Shown here one piece after another: positions 18,021-22,382 of a stretch of DNA of 22,382 nt. Positions within the stretch are counted from its first letter, which is position 1, and every line of letters starts with the position of its first letter. A program made the translations under genes and the position numbers. The stretch is from Veleropilina oligotropha (Eukaryota): contig JBEUKZ010000114.1 of assembly GCA_048128005.1 (NCBI GenBank), positions 124,001 through 146,382 of the forward strand, written 5' to 3'. The notes below the pieces were generated by a model, which was given only the letters and a program-made list of their open reading frames with translations, had not been told where the DNA came from and searched no databases.

Positions 18021-19322
18021 ATGACTAGCGTATACGGACGCAAGCTTAATCCATACCGCAGGCTGCGTGAGCCCCTCGCAGTCAAGGGCATCCGCCAGTC
18101 GGTCACGATTACAAACAATCCATCAACGATTGCCCCGAACCAGCAGCTCCTGGTTCGGTTCCCTAATCTCGGGGCGAATGACGTGATCGTTCCAGGGACT
18201 GCCCACCTCGCATTTACCATCTCTCTGACCTCGGTAAATGCGAATAGGACTGTAGTACAAAATATCGGCCGTGCCGTGATCAGAAAGACTACGATAAAGA
18301 TAAGTGGAAACGAGATCATGTCGATTGACGACTCCGACGTGTACCACTGCTACTGCGATCTCTGGAAGACCACCGGGGAGCGCAAGAACGCCCAGTACCA
18401 GGGGATTGATACCAGCGATGGGCACAACACTACGAAGCATCGTGTTGGTGCGGCAGACGCCTTTAGACTGTCTGAGGATGTCGCGGTCGCGGCCGCGTAC
18501 GGTAACCGATTCCGCATCCCGCTGGATTTCGAGCTGTTGGAAAGTCACATGCCATTCTATCAAAGCGCCCTTGGAGACCGTCTCGAGTATGAGCTAACGT
18601 TCAACGACTACTCCCGGACTATCCGGGAGACGGACGACTCCGGTTCCAGCTATTCCATCGACAATATATCCCTCGAATATGACATGGTAACCCAATCCGA
18701 GCTTGCCAGACGGATTCGAAATCAATACCAGGGTCAACTCGTAATCCTGTACGACCGTGTTCTCCGGCATCGGAAGCTCACCCTAGACAAGAGCGACTCG
18801 TTGTGGAATATGAATGTGAACGTACCGGCGAGGTCGATGAAAGGAATACTACTGTTGTTCGAGGACCCTGCGAGAGACGCCGCGCCATTCTCTCGCGATA
18901 CTGAGGCCTTCTATAATCCGAAGATCACAAAGGTCGAGGTCACAATCGAGGGTGTCCCGAATCAAATATACAGCCAGGGCATGCGAACATACCAGATCTG
19001 GGAAGAAGCCAAGAAAATGTTCGCCTCCGGCTGCAGCAAGCGGCATCCTGAGGTCGCGATGGTCGCAAAGGACTTGGAGATGGCAGACGTCACCCTGGGC
19101 GAATTTCTGACTAAGAAATTTGCGCTCTGGATCGATATGCGGGTAACTGACGACGATCAGTTGCACGGGTCAGGCCGGAGGGTCGAGAACGCCAGCGAAG
19201 GCATTACTATTCAGATCACTAAAACAGCCGAAGCGGCCGGTCCACTGAACGTCTACGAGTTCGTGATCATGGACGCACAGCTGAATATCGAGAATGGCCG
19301 ATTCGTCGAAGCACTGTACTAA
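18021..19322 (+). CDS. Major capsid protein (probable double jelly-roll), ~433 aa
   Basis: First ATG is at 18021 (the ORF track starts at a TTG, 17985). Size and alternating beta-strand patterns (LLVRFP, LAFTISL, IKISGNEI, FRIPLDF, LEYELTF, ISLEYD, VEVTIEG, ALWIDM, ITIQIT) fit a DJR capsid. It lies directly upstream of the packaging ATPase. Confidence 0.8.
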   Translation: MTSVYGRKLNPYRRLREPLAVKGIRQSVTITNNPSTIAPNQQLLVRFPNLGANDVIVPGTAHLAFTISLTSVNANRTVVQNIGRAVIRKTTIKISGNEIMSIDDSDVYHCYCDLWKTTGERKNAQYQGIDTSDGHNTTKHRVGAADAFRLSEDVAVAAAYGNRFRIPLDFELLESHMPFYQSALGDRLEYELTFNDYSRTIRETDDSGSSYSIDNISLEYDMVTQSELARRIRNQYQGQLVILYDRVLRHRKLTLDKSDSLWNMNVNVPARSMKGILLLFEDPARDAAPFSRDTEAFYNPKITKVEVTIEGVPNQIYSQGMRTYQIWEEAKKMFASGCSKRHPEVAMVAKDLEMADVTLGEFLTKKFALWIDMRVTDDDQLHGSGRRVENASEGITIQITKTAEAAGPLNVYEFVIMDAQLNIENGRFVEALY

Positions 19323-19926
19323 ACGATTTCCGCACACCAAGGACCCCCACTCCGCAATCATCTGCGGCCAGACGGGCTGTGGGAAGACGGTTTTCATGCT
19401 TGAACTGCTGGAAGGGGAGTATCGAGGCGTCTTCCGGCATATCGTGGTCCTCTGCCCCACGATCAAGTACAACAAAGCATACCAGTCTTGTCCGTGGATC
19501 TGGACCGACCCTGAGGTGTATTTAGTCCCCCCGGGTGAGCGACTCCATGACTGGCTGCGGGGGTTCTACCGACTGTTTCAGGGGGAATCAACTTTATATA
19601 TCATCGACGACTGCGCCGCGAGCAAGGCTATGGCAAAGAGGAGGGACATGCTGACTTTGTTGGCCTTCAGCGGCAGGCATGCTTCCCAGAGCGTATGGGT
19701 AGTGACGCAAAAGTACAACTCGGTCTTGAAGGAGCTCAGAGAGCAGACCCGCTGGGTCGCGCTGTTCCATTGCAAGGACCGCGACAGTTTCGAGGACTGT
19801 CTGCGCGAGAACGATGTAATCCCGTCGCAGGATGAACGGACCGAGGTTCGCCGGCTGTTGGCCGAGACACGACACGCTAAGCTTCTGTTGAAAACTGATC
19901 AGCCCGTTGCTTATAGTGTGCTATAG
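19294..19926 (+). CDS. Genome-packaging ATPase (A32-like, FtsK-HerA superfamily)
   Basis: Walker A GQTGCGKT, Walker B LYIIDD, and the A32-type SGRHASQSVWVVTQ motif. Overlaps the capsid gene end by 29 bp. Confidence 0.92.
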   Translation: MADSSKHCTKRFPHTKDPHSAIICGQTGCGKTVFMLELLEGEYRGVFRHIVVLCPTIKYNKAYQSCPWIWTDPEVYLVPPGERLHDWLRGFYRLFQGESTLYIIDDCAASKAMAKRRDMLTLLAFSGRHASQSVWVVTQKYNSVLKELREQTRWVALFHCKDRDSFEDCLRENDVIPSQDERTEVRRLLAETRHAKLLLKTDQPVAYSVL

Positions 19927-19937
19927 CTACCCAGCAG

Positions 19938-20723
19938 ATGCTAAGTAGCTGCCCAGCAAGCTCTCGCATGTCGGACGCTGTATATCTAGCTTTTGCTTTC
20001 AGCCAGAGCCTGATCTTGCTCCTACTCGCTACATTGTGGTATTGGATTTACAGTTATATTAGACCGGTGAGGCGATGCTGGAAACGCTTCAGGATGGACA
20101 GCCTCATCGATCAACTCATGGATGACGAACAAGAAACGACCATCAACAGCTGTCGCTTGACTCCCGATGGCAAGGAACCTGTCAGTAACAGTGGAGTCGC
20201 AAGTTCCGTTTGTGCGGCAAAGCGTGAGAGGCTTGCAGCCTTAGCCGTTGGAGGACAGGCCCACCGATACATGGGGCGTAACCTCACAGTGGACCGGATA
20301 GACGACATGACTGACGACGAGGTCGAAAAGCACCACGCGAGGTATGAAGCGAAACTCGGTGCCGATGTGACGAAGACTCTGGGGACTTCAGCTATTCATC
20401 TCTACGCGGGGGCAGCTGGGATGTTCCTGCCCATTCCACCAGCAAACCAGCTACGACTGATCGCCGACCTGGAGGCCGACCCGTTCATCTCACATGCCCT
20501 GACCACTGCAAGCTGTGAGCTGTATTATAAATATGGCATGTACCTCGCACCGCTGACCGCAGCGTTGACCACGGCTAAGCACTGCCAATTTGGACATGTT
20601 TGCCCACCTAAGATACCAGATCAAGATGACAACGCCGGAAGTGGACCAAGTGATCGAGAGACAGCCGATCGAGAGCCAGCCGATAGAGAGGGTGACTTCT
20701 TCGACAGACTCATCAGTGAGTAA
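19938..20723 (+). CDS. Hypothetical viral protein, possible N-terminal TM (start uncertain: 19938, 19968 or 20093-20095 region)
   Basis: 261-aa ORF in the plus-strand gene block with hydrophobic AVYLAFAFSQSLILLLLATLWYWIY followed by basic residues and a helical core. Confidence 0.75.
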   Translation: MLSSCPASSRMSDAVYLAFAFSQSLILLLLATLWYWIYSYIRPVRRCWKRFRMDSLIDQLMDDEQETTINSCRLTPDGKEPVSNSGVASSVCAAKRERLAALAVGGQAHRYMGRNLTVDRIDDMTDDEVEKHHARYEAKLGADVTKTLGTSAIHLYAGAAGMFLPIPPANQLRLIADLEADPFISHALTTASCELYYKYGMYLAPLTAALTTAKHCQFGHVCPPKIPDQDDNAGSGPSDRETADREPADREGDFFDRLISE

Positions 20724-21117
20724 AAAGGACCCGAAAAAAGTGGCTGCAGGGAGGGCCGGCGCTGCTGCTCGAAAAGCCAAGCAGGAGAAGCTACTGGCCG
20801 CGGTTCGAAAAATGAAAGAAGACCTGAGTGCCCCAACAAGTGTTGTCGTTCCATCAGAACAGCCCGGGGAGGCGGTTCCAGCCGCAGAAAGACCGCGTGC
20901 GCCAGATACACGGAAATCGGACCTATTTAATTGGACCCAGGTAGCCGTCGCTGCCGGTACGGTTGCGTTGGTATTTGTTGTCTGGAAGACGTCCTCAGAA
21001 CGCAGCAACCCTGGTCCATCCACACCACATCAACAGCCACCAGACGCGGACGCTCGGTGCTCTCGGGCCGCCCCCACTATCGAATTGAAGAAGCAGAACC
21101 CTTTTCATATGCAATAG
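20626..21117 (+). CDS. Basic helical protein with one TM segment (~163 aa)
   Basis: First ATG at 20626. Basic segment KKDPKKVAAGRAGAAARKAKQEK and TM-like VAVAAGTVALVFVVW. Confidence 0.72.
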   Translation: MTTPEVDQVIERQPIESQPIERVTSSTDSSVSKKDPKKVAAGRAGAAARKAKQEKLLAAVRKMKEDLSAPTSVVVPSEQPGEAVPAAERPRAPDTRKSDLFNWTQVAVAAGTVALVFVVWKTSSERSNPGPSTPHQQPPDADARCSRAAPTIELKKQNPFHMQ

Positions 21118-21142
21118 TCGCAAACGGTACTAATCAACAGTT

Positions 21143-21382
21143 ATGACTACCCCAATCACTGATGGAAAGATGCTCGGCAACGCTGTATACCACGCCGCTA
21201 TAGTGTCAGGCCTCGCCATAGGCTACGCACGCCTGACAAAGATGGTATTCAAGGGAGCGAGCCCCAAACTGGACTTCACGGGCTACGATGTCGGGATGGT
21301 CGTCCTCGACGTAGCGCTCGCCATGGCGACGAAAGACATGCTGATCAAGCAAGGCATCATTCCGGCCGATATATTGAAGTAG
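21143..21382 (+). CDS. Small hydrophobic protein (79 aa)
   Basis: Fits between its neighbours with short gaps and has two moderately hydrophobic helices. Confidence 0.72.
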   Translation: MTTPITDGKMLGNAVYHAAIVSGLAIGYARLTKMVFKGASPKLDFTGYDVGMVVLDVALAMATKDMLIKQGIIPADILK

Positions 21383-21413
21383 TGGGACCTTGCTAGATAA
21401 TCGCAGCATTTCA

Positions 21414-21845
21414 ATGGCTTCCATTGCGATGCTGGTTGGGGGCGCTCTCGTCAACGCCCTCGCCTTCAGCGGCTCCAACTTCCTCTTCTCGAAGCTACGC
21501 AGCTCCGGTGTCGATGCGGAGCGTAAACGCCACGACATTGCTGTAGAACAGCTCAACGCTGCTCAGACTAAATGGTCACAACAGAGGGCAGAGCGTCTCG
21601 ACTGGCTGAACGTTGAACTTCGCCGCCAGGGTCACGCTGTTGGGACATTCCGAGATGTTGACGCCGCGATCCGTGAGTATGCATTGATCACCGGCAAGAA
21701 CCTTGACCCCACCGCTATAGGAGGTGGCCCTGAGCCCCAGCTGTCTGACTACTACACACCGAGCGATGGCCAGAAGGGACGTGAGATCACCTTCATCATC
21801 CTGGGGATGGCTGCGACCGGGTTGGTCGCCTACAAGCTCGCCTAA
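21414..21845 (+). CDS. Membrane protein with N- and C-terminal hydrophobic helices and a central coiled coil (~143 aa)
   Basis: First ATG at 21414. Reads MASIAMLVGGALVNALAFSGSNFLF ... ERKRHDIAVEQL ... ITFIILGMAATGLVAYKL. Confidence 0.78.
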   Translation: MASIAMLVGGALVNALAFSGSNFLFSKLRSSGVDAERKRHDIAVEQLNAAQTKWSQQRAERLDWLNVELRRQGHAVGTFRDVDAAIREYALITGKNLDPTAIGGGPEPQLSDYYTPSDGQKGREITFIILGMAATGLVAYKLA

Positions 21846-21886
21846 GTATTTCCAGTGGACATTTTTTTCGTGTGCCAGGTATAATA

Positions 21887-22168
21887 ATGGGGCTCCCAGA
21901 AGAGCTGTACTGCGCTATGCTTGCGGTCGGCTATAGTACTACGTTACTCGACTGCTGGCGCCGCGACGAAAAGACTATGGTGCGGTTCGCGGTCCTGGTG
22001 CTCTCGGGCCCGACCAACCTACGGGCGACGACTGCGCAGCGACCGGCTCCGGAAGCTGAAGCCTGTTGGAGACTGATCAGTTTACTGGAATACATTGCCA
22101 GTCTCGATGGCAGCGAAGACCGGCAAAAGAACTCGAGGGCGCGGAATGAACCGGAAGCTTGCGAATAG
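21887..22168 (+). CDS. Hypothetical protein (~93 aa)
   Basis: ATG in good context at 21887. Fills the gap before the integrase and overlaps its start by 23 bp. No recognisable motif. Confidence 0.45.
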   Translation: MGLPEELYCAMLAVGYSTTLLDCWRRDEKTMVRFAVLVLSGPTNLRATTAQRPAPEAEACWRLISLLEYIASLDGSEDRQKNSRARNEPEACE

Positions 22169-22382
22169 CTACTATAGCCCCCGAGGCTACTGGAAAGGGA
22201 TCGCCGCGATAAAACATCTCTCGGCCGCGGTAGATGTCTCTGAAGACGTGGCCCGGGATTGGCTGAAGAAGCAGGCCATCTGGCAAATCTATTTACCTGC
22301 GCCACGGCAGATTCCAAGACCAAAATTCGACGTCGTAACGCCGAACGAGGTTCACCAAGCCGATCTCCTGTTTCTCCCACAT
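22146..22382 (+). CDS. Retroviral-type (DDE/rve) integrase, N-terminal 79 codons, truncated by the window end
   Basis: Manual translation: MNRKLANSYYSPRGYWKGIAAIKHLSAAVDVSEDVARDWLKKQAIWQIYLPAPRQIPRPKFDVVTPNEVHQADLLFLPH. The YY.P.G.....L..V..WL and N..HQADL (first catalytic Asp) pattern is that of Polinton integrases. Confidence 0.85.
   Translation, partial: MNRKLANSYYSPRGYWKGIAAIKHLSAAVDVSEDVARDWLKKQAIWQIYLPAPRQIPRPKFDVVTPNEVHQADLLFLPH

Larger units (their letters stand above)
12136..22382. mobile_element. Endogenous Polinton/Maverick-like virus (left ~10.2 kb; continues beyond the window)
   Basis: Sharp junction with the LINE, an AGCAGCAG start, and ~1 kb of noncoding terminal DNA. Then intronless, tightly packed, GC-richer ORFs encoding a penton-like protein, a major capsid, a packaging ATPase and a DDE integrase. 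Confidence 0.9.

Noticed and set aside
13762..22380. Alternative-frame and antisense ORFs in the viral region (e.g. 13762+, 14331+, 15960+, 17732-, 18123-, 20490-, 21931-)
   Set aside because: They overlap better-supported genes, which is expected in GC-rich coding DNA, and carry no motifs. 21931..22380 is antisense to the integrase.
12136..22382. Interpretation as a bacterial prophage or contaminant because of dense, overlapping, intronless genes
   Set aside because: It has a clean junction inside a eukaryotic LINE, a retroviral-type integrase, a Polinton-type penton and ATPase, and no obvious Shine-Dalgarno pattern or phage hallmark genes.
1..22382. CRISPR arrays, tRNA/rRNA genes, host exons, pPolB or adenain-like protease
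   Set aside because: I saw no regularly spaced repeat-spacer structure, RNA gene or matching motifs. The polymerase and protease may lie beyond the window, so their absence from the element is not established.

Overview
Eukaryotic, probably invertebrate, repeat-dense DNA in two parts. Bases 1-12135 are an AT-rich nest of decayed transposons: a palindromic MITE-like repeat, three same-orientation (minus strand) copies of one RNase H-containing I/Nimb-type LINE family (one apparently full length, ~5172-11213), a plus-strand 3' fragment of a CR1-group (Crack/L2/Daphne-like) LINE nested in the first copy, and microsatellites. From ~12136 to the window end is a GC-richer, gene-dense endogenous Polinton/Maverick-like virus with no visible ORF disruption, inserted into the third LINE copy. 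It begins with an (AGC)n terminus. It encodes a penton-like minor capsid, a probable double-jelly-roll major capsid, an A32/FtsK-type packaging ATPase, the N-terminus of a retroviral-type integrase (runs off the window and is missing from the ORF track), an unusually large set of predicted membrane proteins, and a secreted Cys-rich, possibly cystine-knot (IL-17-like) protein. No DNA polymerase or maturation protease is visible in the window. All family assignments come from motif recognition by eye, not from database searches.
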